DNA of 63,823 bases, the filler included, from Octopus bimaculoides (Eukaryota), in assembly GCF_001194135.2 (NCBI RefSeq). It is 4 parts of 4 records of this genome, joined end to end, with 100 filler letters (N's around TTAATTAATTAA, not from the genome) between each part and the next. Parts side by side here need not be neighbours in the genome. Positions count along the whole stretch, not along the records: positions 1 to 21,130 come from NC_068981.1; 3 more parts are not named here. The stretch is one strand, 5' to 3'. A program made the translations under genes and the position numbers. The notes under the pieces are model-generated. The model had not been told where the DNA came from, searched no databases, and saw nothing but the letters and a program-made list of their open reading frames with translations. Positions 1 through 11,635 of the stretch are shown here, one piece after another; position 1 is the stretch's first letter; each line of letters starts with the position of its first letter.

Positions 1-30
1 GTGTAACAATTTTAGAGTTCGGATTCTCGA

Positions 31-98
31 GTTAGGGTTAGTTTTAGGGTTAGGGTTACGGTTACGGTTAACAGTCTAGTTAGGGTTAGGGTTAGGGG
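31..98 (+). repeat. Degenerate telomere-like (TTAGGG)n tract, interstitial
   Basis: gttagggttagttttagggttagggttacggttacgg...ttagggttagggttagggg; short and interrupted, so probably part of a dispersed repeat. Confidence 0.75.
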
Positions 99-562
99 AT
101 TAATACGATATACACTGTTACAGCGCTAACTGTTTTCAACTGAATAGACGTCAGTGATTAGTAGAAATTATCGAAATAAGACAATTTTTTACATGAAATA
201 AATTCGAATACAAAAATATTTTTCTGTTCTATAACACAAAATAGATAAGTATACGAAGTTTGAAGGTCTTTCCGTACCAAAAACACTACATAAAACATAA
301 ATGAAAACTGGCGCCCCCGTTTTAAAATAGATCCCCACATTACCCCAAAAAAGATGTGTGAAAGTACTTCTGGCTGCTTAGAACTGAAAAGGTTGTCTGC
401 CTTAACAACATCTCTCCAAATACTCTCAAATGCTCTATAGCTAGTGCCTATATTCACCAAACTCATTAATTTCTCTCCCAGCTCTCTCTTTCTCTCTCTC
501 TCTCTAGCTATCTCTTCCTCCCTCACTTCTTCACTCCCTCCCTCACTCACTCCCTCCAGGGA

Positions 563-979
563 CGTATCCCAATCATTAGAAACGGTGCAGTATATTCTTC
601 TCCCAAGAAGGTCAATTCCTCTTACCCTACCAGCTATCGTTCTATCGTACTCTCTTCCAATTTGTCAAAGATGATGAAGACAGTTGCTAACAACCAGCTT
701 TCATCAACACTTTGCATTTCCCCGCTCTCTCTCTCTCTCTCTCTCGCCCTGAATAATAACCGCTAGTACGGCTTTCGTAAAGCCAGATCTAATGGATAAA
801 ATATTTTCTTACGTTATTATTCATTAATGATCTCTCATCTTCGAGTAGTCTGTAGAAAAACAAGGCTGTTGATCTTAACATAGCAAACAACTCAACCTTG
901 TCTGACACGATTGCCTATGGGTTCCGTCCATCTCTCGTCTCTTCCTGTTAGATCGCATAATCACAGTATGTACCGACAG

Positions 980-1018
<39 letters not shown>

Positions 1019-1366
1019 TCTCTCCTTCTGCTTGTTTCTCTCTCTCCTCCTCTCTCCCTTTCTCTCTGATACACATTTTGTTGTCAGTTCTGATGTACCC
1101 AAGATTCAGTTTTGTCTTCCCACAACCTTCCTCCTATATATATCAACGATTTACTTACTGTCATCTCTAGCAGCGTCCACACAAAAGCAAATAAGACCAC
1201 CTTCTGTTCCCCACCACCGATCACCAATTGTCAAATTTTCACCGCTTCCATGAATAGGGGCCTCGAAAACACCCTGCATTGGGTCCATATTCGTCTTACC
1301 TTCTTCAACAGCAGAAAGCAATCACTGCACGTCAAGAAAATATTGTTGCGCCTGACCTTACCTTAA
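563..1366 (+). mobile_element. Degraded CR1/L2-like LINE reverse transcriptase fragment
   Basis: Frameshifted RT motifs: AVYSSPKKVNSSYPTSYRSIVLSSNLSKMMKT (~PIPKKG..NYRPI.L), YGFRKARS, VPQDSVL, YINDLL..VHTKANKTT (YADD region), ASMNRGLENTLHW; interrupted by (CT)n. Confidence 0.75.
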
Positions 1367-1399
1367 ATTGGTGAAACACGCAACATGAACTCTAACAAA

Positions 1400-2220
1400 T
1401 CGAAGAGTGACGAGAGTTGTTGGGGTACCTGAGCGGAGACGATACGAGACCAGCGAGTACCAAGGAAAAGAGGCTGTTACAGTAGGGATAGAAAGGACAG
1501 AGAGTGGGCTAGCAGGTCTTCAGGCCAGAGGCTGAAGCATGTTTGTTAGTTGCTGAATGCCAATCAGTTGAGTGGCTCTTCTCTGAATGTGGTTCAGGAT
1601 ATCAGTGAACATAACAGTAGTAATATCTTAGAAATAAGAGCAGTATTCCATAACGGGTTCACTTGAGCCTTCTACAGAGTCAGTAGCTGTTGCAAACTGA
1701 AGTATTTTTGGGGACCTGAAGGGAAGGTTCAATTTTTCGATTGCATTCCTAGAAAATTTAAGGTTGGGATTTCGCCAGGCGAGTTCCTCGCTAATAGGGA
1801 AGGTCATCATTTGGAGCGAATGTTGAGAAGATCTAGTTCAGTGTTGTTCATGTATGGGAGTATGTCATGTATCTTCTAGATACGAGTATTTATTATTTGA
1901 GGGGTTTTTTTCCGTTAAAAGAGACAAGATTGATATGGCTTCACTGAAGGATGGTTTCAAGGTCTCTACTTATGGAATCAATGCAGGTTTAGTATGTGAT
2001 GTTACGTGTGGATTGTAAGTGATGCATAACCGAAATTTAGAGAAGAATAAAAGGTTGTGTCATCTTCATAAGCCAAGTTGTTGGCTGTAATGGCAAGTAG
2101 GTCATTGAGATGTTGAAGTGAAACCCTACTGCATGTATAGCAAATATACAAGACACTCTTTGAAGTATTTTCTCTCAGCCCTCTTGTTGATATATATAAT
2201 CTAATCAGCGTCACTACCAT
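1400..2220 (-). mobile_element. Degraded CR1/L2-like LINE RT/C-terminal fragment
   Basis: HLNDLLAITANNLAYEDDTTFYSS (YADD), KYFSLQQLLTL*KAQV, PVMEYCS, ILNHIQRRATQLIG..LQPLA motifs typical of CR1/L2 ORF2. Confidence 0.75.
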
Positions 2221-2595
2221 CTTTCTATTCTTCTACATTCGTGATCACTTCTAAATCAAGCCAACCAACGCTGGATTAACCATAAAGCAAAATAAGCAAG
2301 CGCTTAGGGCATCAAGAGAAGGCGGGCACTACAGAAGTGGTAAATAGTTTACGACACAAAAGAAATCACTTTAAACTTGCTAAAATAATATTAAGGTTAC
2401 CTTATCTCTAATAAGTATAGAAGCAGATGTATTACGTAAGATTAATTTTGAGGATCTGATCAATGACTATGTAATTAAACAAGAAATAGGAAAAAACTAT
2501 TCAAGTATATAAAGTGGAAGTATACAAAACTAAAAATTATTGTTAGTTTTGTCTCATTTTGATGGTTTATTATTGTTAATATTTTGAGCTAAAAA

Positions 2596-2813
2596 GGCGG
2601 CGAGCTGGCAGAAACGTTAGCATGCTGGGCGAAATGCTTAGCGGTATTTCGTCTGTCTTTCCGCTCTGAGTTCAAATTCCGCCGAGGTCGACTTTGTCTT
2701 TCATCCTTTCGGGGTCAATAAATTAAGTACCAGTTGCGTACTGGGGTCGATCTAATCGCCTGCCCCCCTCCCCCAAAATTTCTGGCCTTGTGCTTTCAGT
2801 AGAAAAGAATATT
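2596..2813 (+). mobile_element. tRNA-derived SINE, family A (GGCGGCGAGCTGGCAGAA head)
   Basis: A-box/B-box-like head (gagctggcagaa; gagttcaaattcc); near-identical copies at 5182, 23146, 23631, 33470-34075 and 54515-54780. Confidence 0.85.
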
Positions 2814-3602
2814 TTGAATTACATATATACATAGGGACACCAAAATCTTAAGCGTTTAGGGCCACTATGGGTCTTAATATGGCCCTAAAGCTAACTAAGA
2901 TGTACATGCTTGGTTGATGCCATGTAACAAGCGAGAAACATGTTCGTTGCGTTCAGCACTTGATTTTAAAGACAAGATATATTCCTAACAGCATTGGTTT
3001 TATTTTCTAAAAATTTGTATTATTTCCGTCATTTCCTTTGTTTGCCTCTAAGGCATATTTAAGGTGGTGATGGGGAACCAGTCGATTATATCGATCTTTT
3101 GTTGGCATGTCGATTAAATCGAGATTCATAAAAAAAGCACCCCTTAAGAGTTGCTTATTTATTATCAATCACGTAAGCTCAAAAGGCAATGCCGACTTCG
3201 ATGAGAATTGAACTCAAAACATATTGACACTACTAATAACGGCATAGAGTGTCTTTGGATGCTCTACCGAATCTGTCAACCCAACTTCCTTCTCTACACG
3301 GATAATATTATTCGATTTGTAATGTCTACATGCATCTTCCTGTTTGTCTTGCATTTCTCGCTCTCTCGCTCTCTCGCTCACACCTCCTTTCTTTCCGTCC
3401 CTCTCGTTTCCCCTCCTTTTCTCTTCCTCTCGTCCATTAACGACTAACTAAACTACAACAGATGTTGAGCACTTGCATTAAAAATAACGTACTGTTTACT
3501 TTGGTATGTGGGTGTAGGAAAACAATCTATTTATATCACTTAGAGATATCTAAATATTAAAAATATTCCACCCATAAAATGTTGTGAAAATATAATATAA
3601 TA

Positions 3603-3841
3603 CTGAGTGTTCAAAAAGTCTCTCCTCAGTAAGTATTTAATAGTTTTCGGGCCATTCTTGTACACTGATCCTTTACTTGCTCCCCAGACAAAAAAAGTCT
3701 AGCGGTGTTAAATCAGGTGATCTCGGTGACCAAAGTCCCTTCGAAATAATCCTTTCACCGAAAAACTCTTGAAGTAGCACCATGGTGATGCACGAGATGG
3801 AAAAAAAAAATTCACTGCGGAGAGACTTTTTGAACACCCTG
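3603..3841 (-). mobile_element. Internally deleted Tc1/mariner-superfamily element (~240 bp)
   Basis: 23-nt TIRs ctgagtgttcaaaaagtctctcc / ggagagactttttgaacaccctg with TA at the left end; residual catalytic peptide QEFFGERIISKGLWSPRSPDLTPLDFF. Confidence 0.85.
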
Positions 3842-3849
3842 GTACTTCT

Positions 3850-4150
3850 TCCGGTTACAACGACAAGGGTTTCAGTTGATCCGATCAACGGAACAGCCTG
3901 CTCGCGAAATTAACGTGCAAATGGCTGCGCACTCCACAGACGCGTGTACCCTTAACGTAGTTCTCCGGGAGATTCAGCGTGACACAAAATGTGACAAGGC
4001 TGGCCTTTTTAAATTACAGGTACAATTTATTTTTGCCACCTGAGTGGACTGAAGTAATATGAAATAAAGTGTCTTACTTTAGGACACAACACCCTGCTGG
4101 CTACTGAACTCACGACTATGGGCCGATTATCACAATGCCACTACGCCACG
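3850..4150 (-). mobile_element. tRNA-derived SINE (central domain plus family-C tail)
   Basis: Shares the gcaggctgttccgttgatcggatcaactg tail with 47615 and 59336; central ctgagtggact..gtgtctt..aggacacaac domain. Confidence 0.75.
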
Positions 4151-4317
4151 TGCCTTCGCAGTGTATATAATATTGTATAATATATATATTATATATTTAT
4201 AATATAACATTGCATAATAATAATGATGATGATTTCTTTTATTAGCTACAGGGGTATAGATGATAATATATACACACACACACACGCATGCACGCACGCA
4301 CGCACGCATGCACGCAT

Positions 4318-4362
<45 letters not shown>

Positions 4363-4367
4363 AAGGA

Positions 4368-4658
4368 GCACTCCGTCGGTTACGACGACGAGGGTCCCAG
4401 CTGATACGATCAACGGAACAGCCTGCTCGTGAAATTAACGTGAAAGTAGCTGAGCACTCCATAGACACGTGTACCCTTAACGTATTTCTCAGGGAGAGTC
4501 AGCGTGACACATAGCGTGACAAGGCTGGCCGTTTGAAATATAGGTACTGATCGTTTTTGCCAGCTGAGTGGACTGGAGCAACGTGAAGCGTCGCCGGGAA
4601 TTGAACTCACGACCTTACGATCGTGAGCCGAATGCCCTAGCCACGAAGCTACGCGCCT

Positions 4659-4660
<2 letters not shown>
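4368..4660 (-). mobile_element. tRNA-derived SINE (central domain plus family-C tail)
   Basis: Same tail as 3850; head with gtgagttcaattccc B-box. Confidence 0.8.
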
Positions 4661-4701
<41 letters not shown>

Positions 4702-5181
4702 TGTGTGTGTGTGTGTGCGCGTGTGTATACATACACAAATACATGCACACATGAATGAGTGCATAGACACATGTATGCGTGTGTGCGTGTGCAAAAGAAA
4801 GTGATATAAGTCTCTGAGCAACACAATATAGAGAGAAAAAAACTATCCTAATTTTAAACCAATGAAAGAAATACGTAACGTTTCGCAGCTTGACTTGCTC
4901 GAAATAGCAACTAAACTTCATTGAAATCACACCCAAACGCTTTTAAAATAACGGAAATGCACATTAGATAATGTGGTCCCAGAAGCATTACGTCTGCAAA
5001 TAAAATCGAGCAAGTTGGCCACGCCTGGAATTTCTTTTTCTATATGTCTGCTCGATCGTAACAACTCCTGCAAAGCTATTAGTTTACGATTTAGGTTTGT
5101 TAAAGCTGACATGTTGAATAAATTTATCTGAATCTGCAATATTTCGAGTTCTTCATTTTACTGTTTATTTTCACTTTAAAA

Positions 5182-5510
5182 CGGCGAGCTGGCAGAGCCA
5201 CTACTGCGCCAGACGAAACTCTTTGCGGTATTTCTTCCGTCTTTATACATTCTGAGTTCAAACGCTACTGACGTCGAATTTACCGTTCATCCTTTCGGAG
5301 GCGATAAACTAAGTACCAGTCAAGTATTGAAGTCAATGTTATCGACTTAAGCCCTGATGTACGTAAAGTATAAACTTAGCGGTTCGGCAAAAGAGACCAA
5401 TAGAATAAGTACTAGGCTTACAAAGAATAAGTCTTGGGGTCGATTTGCTCGACTAAAGGCGGTGCTCCAGCATGACCGCAGTCAAATGATTGAAACAAGT
5501 AAAAGAGTAC
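5182..5510 (+). mobile_element. SINE A copy followed by a SINE B 3' tail
   Basis: Matches family A head and body, then cttagcggttcggcaaaagagacc...atgaccgcagtcaaatga tail. Confidence 0.75.
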
Positions 5511-5765
5511 ACATTTAAATTTTGCCACAATATATTTTCCTATACATTTCACATAACAACGCTTCAAACTAATTGATTTTGAATTCTGCTGAAGTGAAAG
5601 TGATGCTAAGAACAGAATTAATTTCAGAATTTTATGTGGAACGGAGAAGAGGAAGTGATTTTGGGATCGCTATGCTTTCCCAAAGGAAATTAGCATCAGA
5701 AGAGGAAGGAAATGAAACGGTTCGTCGTTGTCGGCCTAAATTATTCTAGTGGAGGAAGAGGAAGT

Positions 5766-5827
<62 letters not shown>

Positions 5828-7444
5828 GAGAGAGAGAGACAGAGAGACAGAGACAGAGATAGAAAGAAGGTACTTGGTGATTTTATCAGCTGGATGTAGA
5901 AATACTGACCCAATAATTTGATGAACGGTTTGTGGGGCAAGAGGGATGAAAGTCTATAATCACCGACGGAGATGAGACATAAAAGAAAAAGAGCTTAACT
6001 AATCCAACGGTTCACAGACTGTCAAACACCTGCCCCAGTTTCACGAAAATGTTAATGAAATTTTCAGCGCTTCTTACAATTCTAATGAGAAGTTGCAGAA
6101 ATATCATGGATCACAGTGACGACGACGACGACGTCGACGACAATGACGATGTAGGGTCACCATGGCAGCATTAAGGTCCCTGAACAAATTAATGCACTGG
6201 GCCTGATAGTATTCATTTATTGAAAACCACAACATACATAGATCACAACTGGATCCCTAGACCCGTCAGCCCCTCCCATTCCCGAGTGTAACTCTATCGT
6301 CAGATGGCACTGCGCTGATGATGTAGAAGAAATGGTCTGGGTGTTTTACGTGCGTCACTTAATTCCACAGCTCAGCTAAGACATCCACAGACAAGAACAC
6401 GTCTTCCTTGTTCCAGCTACAACGGAGAGAAAGAAAGAAAGATAGCCGATGGTCACAAGGGAGCCACGTGAGCAAGGGAGGAGGAGTGAGAGTGACAGAG
6501 TAATAGGATAGAAAAGTGGGAGAAGGCGAGGTAAAAGAATAAGAGATAGAAAGAGAAAAACGAAAGAGTAAATAGATCGTATGCACCAAACGTCAATTTC
6601 TAAAAAGAATTAGTGAAGTAAAATTATGTAGCAACACCAAATGGCGGTGCCCCAGCATGGCCACAGCTCATGAGCTGAAACTAGTTCAAATCAAATCAAA
6701 TCATACACACACACAAATACATTACATGACATGCATATATGTGCTTGTGTGTGTGCATGTGTTTAAATAAGGAACAGAATTTTCATTTTCAATCATGAAA
6801 GACACAACTAAGTTTGAGTTTGATCTTCTTTATTAAGGATTTTTTGTTTCATATTTTCTCATTAGTCTTTAGTGTTTAGCTTGAAAGGATAACATTTCAA
6901 GAAAAATCTGTCAGTCCATTAACCTTTCGCGAACTTTACAGCTCCATCATCTGAATAATATGATGATGGCCATAATGGCGTGTTATGGTACACTTTGCAA
7001 TCGATTGTAAAGGGTCATGGGTAATATTGGTATAAATCTGATAAAAATTGCTCCGTAACAGATTTTAAAATTATACAACAGCAAATCTTAGTTTATTTCA
7101 TGGATTATTTTACCTGTAATGTGTCTGTGCTGAGTTTTAATTTGAACTTTGCTGTTAGCAGGGCTCCCGTGGTTGTTCTTATTTTTATGAAATCCTATAT
7201 AAAACTATAGAACTTTTAATATTTTTCTATCCAGATTCGTTTCGTACACTGCGTTATAATAAATTGCAATGGCACCTTGTTGTAAATGCATGGTCAACCG
7301 ACAAGAAAGAGTCGGACTTGTGCATCCGATTTAACAGTTTGAGTCATGGAGTTAACAACTTTCATATTCATATTGAAATCTGTACATTATATTAGTATAA
7401 TATAATTTGTACATTATATTATATATTGTACATTATATGCCGCT

Positions 7445-7522
7445 TCAACGAGTGTCAGCGGCCGACTGACTATTTAAAGGGAAATTTGACAAGACAGTCA
7501 GTCGGCCGCTGACACTGGTTGA
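7445..7522. repeat. 27-bp inverted repeat (1 mismatch) with 24-nt spacer
   Basis: tcaacgagtgtcagcggccgactgact (7445-7471) / agtcagtcggccgctgacactggttga (7496-7522). Confidence 0.9.
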
Positions 7523-9249
7523 CGCTGCATCGAAGAGACCAGGGAACAGAAGAAAGAAGACATACACTCAACACCAGAGCTGAAGACACCTCCGAAAGTG
7601 GGGGCCCCGCCACGTCAAAACGGTAGAGGAGTAGGGGCCGAAACCGGATGTGGTCCCTCCTGATGATGTCTTGAGCTAACTGGATCCTATAAAGGAGCTG
7701 TTGTGGTAGCAGACCACGAAACATGGTTGAAATTCCTCTGAAGTACACCTTGTAGCTTCGCATTAACGAGAATTTTTTTTAAATCTGGTATGTGTCTGTG
7801 TTTTTATTATACATTCTGTCATTCTATGATTAAGTGTGGTACAAGAAGTCAGCTTATATTGCTGCGGCGAGCAATCCTCCTTCACTGCTTGACCGACATG
7901 AGAGAAGGGAAACAAATCAGGTGTAAACTAGGGGCGATTGTAAACTTCATAAAACGTGAGACAATTAAAGCCCTCTTAAGTACTCAATCAATTTTGTAAT
8001 AAATTAATAAATTAATATACACACGTTTGTGTATATACTGGTACATACACACCCGTGTGTAGTCTAGAGTACGTCTTAACTTGTACAAAACTGATGCAGA
8101 TCTATTCGAAGTTCTCAACGGAATATTTAAGGTGAATTACGCGTGAGATTGTAGGCACTAACAGGCGCGCACACATACACACACATACACACATACATAT
8201 CATCCGCACATCCAGACACCTACATATTACAGATGCACACACACATACACATGCACCCATCCACACGTCAAAGTCACTAGCCCCTATCCACACACACACA
8301 CACACACACACTTACACATTCTCACATACACACATACGCACGCGCGCCTTCGTTTTGGGATCATCAATACTTTATTATCTCCCCTTCTGTCTACCTCTCC
8401 GGTCAAACCGTTTCCCCCACCCAACCAGTCGCCATGCTTGATCGCTAAATCCACAGGTCTTTTTATTCTCTCTCTGTTTATTTTCTCTTATTAATTCCTN
8501 NNNNNNNNNNNNNNNNNNNNNNNNNNNNNNNNNNNNNNNNNNNNNNNNNNNNNNNNNNNNNNNNNNNNNNNNNNNNNNNNNNNNNNNNNNNNNNNNNNNN
8601 NNNNNNNNNNNNNNNNNNNNNNNNNNNNNNNNNNNNNNNNNNNNNNNNNNNNNNNNNNNNNNNNNNNNNNNNNNNNNNNNNNNNNNNNNNNNNNNNNNNN
8701 NNNNNNNNNNNNNNNNNNNNNNNNNNNNNNNNNNNNNNNNNNNNNNNNNNNNNNNNNNNNNNNNNNNATATATATATATATATATATATATACATACATA
8801 TATATGTGGTGGTGTGTGTATAAACATAGATGCACTCACGTGTGCGCACGCACCTATATACCTACTCTCTCAAACACACTGACATCCGTATGTGTGCGTG
8901 CGTGCGTGCGTGCGTGCGTGCTTGCGTACGTGTGTGTGTGTGTGTGTATGTGTGTGTGTGTACATGCGTGTATGGATACTTTTAAATGACAGATAACCAA
9001 GAGCATGTTTAATTTAATAGTACTACCTGTATTCATGTGAATCAAAATTATATTTAAAGAGTATCTGACATGGCTTAGCGGATAAAGATACCATATTTAT
9101 CATGAGACTCTCTTTGGGTCTATTTATTAATATTTGGCTAAGAAACCAGAGTTCAACTGACTCAAGTCAAAGCTGTATAATTTACATCAGGTCAAGCTGT
9201 GACATCTACTTGAATGAGCACTCTCATATAAAACTGCAATCACGCGGAG

Positions 9250-9530
9250 GCGGGAAACAGGGCCGTGGCTCACATACTGCATTGCTAGATCATGGAGAAA
9301 AATTATTCAAATGCGTACAGAGAACTTCTGGTCATCCGGATAGGACATCTCCAGATCTGATTGCGACTCAACTCCTGGATGACGTCCGAATGGCCTTTGA
9401 AATGGACAGAAATTAGTGTTTCACCGTATCAACACCATCCTTGTAAGCATGGGAGAGACGAGAGTCACGACCACGAGTATACCTATGTTTTAATCATTTT
9501 CAGGCTGTGATACAACTTCTGCCTTCAACG
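9250..9530 (+). mobile_element. Highly degenerate Tc1/IS630-like transposase fragment
   Basis: QGRGSHTA (~QDGAPSHTA), NFWS, SPDL..LLDDV (~SPDLNPLDY), FQAVIQ; frameshifted. Confidence 0.45.
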
Positions 9531-9849
9531 AGTTGGGCAAAGTCCTTTTGGCAGATCTACAAAATCGTCAGAGAGACATTTGCGTATCTCACCGGTCATA
9601 TCTTCCAGCTGATGGATGTTGATGACATCTTTATCAAGAAGCTCGATAGACGGACAGTTATTCGGTTGACGAACACAATTTGTTGAATCCTGTTCCGTGA
9701 CTTAGCGGTTCAACAAAAGAAACCGATAGAATAAGTACGAATAAGTATCAGGCTTTAAAAATAAGTACTGGAGTCGATTCGTTCAACCGAAATTATTCAA
9801 AGCGGTGCTCCAGCATGGCCACAGTCTAATCACTGAAACAAATAAAAGG

Positions 9850-9883
<34 letters not shown>

Positions 9884-10014
9884 NNNNNNNNNNNNNNNNN
9901 NNNNNNNNNNNNNNNNNNNNNNNNNNNNNNNNNNNNNNNNNNNNNNNNNNNNNNNNNNNNNNNNNNNNNNNNNNNNNNNNNNNNNNNNNNNNNNNNNNNN
10001 NNNNNNNNNNNNNN

Positions 10015-10089
<75 letters not shown>

Positions 10090-10715
10090 CAAAGGGCTTA
10101 CACAGTGTCTATTAAATTCACTCATAGGGTATTGGTCAACCAAGAGCTATAGTAGTAGCCTACCCAGGCACACACACACAAACACACACGTATGTATGTA
10201 TATTATATAAGTGATTATCGTTCTCTGTTGTGCTTTGATTCTTATATCTTGCTAAAACTAGAGAGCGAAAGACCACGGGAGGTGATTGAGCTGGACTACT
10301 CTAGGGAGAGATGGAGACAAAAATAGAAAATCGGAACTTTTGATTGGAAATTTATAGAAAATCATAGAAAGGTTCTAAGTACATACTTTGTGACCCCAAA
10401 CCGATTTTAATGTTAATGTGGATCTTTTAGCATACGATTATTATCAGCAATGATTCTGGTATCTTCATATGAACTGTCCCAGGAGGAAGCGCTGATGTTT
10501 GTATATATGTATATGTCTGTAGTGTATGTTTATTTTTTGATAAAGATGAGTTCAACATGTTTTATTTGGCCTACTAAACTACAGCATCAAGTTAAATACC
10601 GTCTTATGCTGCACTGATGTCCTCCAGATTCCGTATGTACACACATACTTCCGTACATACATACATAGACACATAAGTACCTCCATACATACATGTATGT
10701 ATACGAATATTAGTG

Positions 10716-10750
<35 letters not shown>

Positions 10751-11394
10751 NNNNNNNNNNNNNNNNNNNNNNNNNNNNNNNNNNNNNNNNNNNNNNNNNN
10801 NNNNNNNNNNNNNNNNNNNNNNNNNNNNNNNNNNNNNNNNNNNNNNNNNNNNNNNNNNNNNNNNNNNNNNNNNNNNNNNNNNNNNNNNNNNNNNNNNNNN
10901 NNNNNNNNNNNNNNNNNNNNNNNNNNNNNNNNNNNNNNNNNNNNNNNNNNNNNNNNNNNNNNNNNNNNNNNNNNNNNNNNNNNNNNNNNNNNNNNNNNNN
11001 NNNNNNNNNNNNNNNNNNNNNNNNNNNNNNNNNNNNNNNNNNNNNNNNNNNNNNNNNNNNNNNNNNNNNNNNNNNNNNNNNNNNNNNNNNNNNNNNNNNN
11101 NNNNNNNNNNNNNNNNNNNNNNNNNNNNNNNNNNNNNNNNNNNNNNNNNNNNNNNNNNNNNNNNNNNNNNNNNNNNNNNNNNNNNNNNNNNNNNNNNNNN
11201 NNNNNNNNNNNNNNNNNNNNNNNNNNNNNNNNNNNNNNNNNNNNNNNNNNNNNNNNNNNNNNNNNNNNNNNNNNNNNNNNNNNNNNNNNNNNNNNNNNNN
11301 NNNNNNNNNNNNNNNNNNNNNNNNNNNNTATATATGTATATATATATATATATACATACATACATACATACATACATACATACATACATACATG

Positions 11395-11452
<58 letters not shown>

Positions 11453-11635
11453 GATAGATAGATAGATACACACATTCAAACATGCACATACATAAGAATA
11501 CATACGTACATACATACATACATACATACATACATACATACATACATGGAAATGAATATCGGTGAGTAAGTATTAAATGTTCTCTCCTCCCAAACTAAAT
11601 TTAACTCCGTTTCCTCTTCTTGGTCATTTGTTACA

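Noticed and set aside
158-550. 130-aa minus-strand ORF
   Set aside because: Partly a (GA)n translation, with no recognisable domain or splice context
4130-4936. Numerous ORFs made of CV/HT/YI/RE/LS dipeptide repeats (here and throughout, including all N-spanning ORFs)
   Set aside because: Translations of (CA)n, (TA)n, (GA)n and (TACA)n microsatellites or of gaps; not genes
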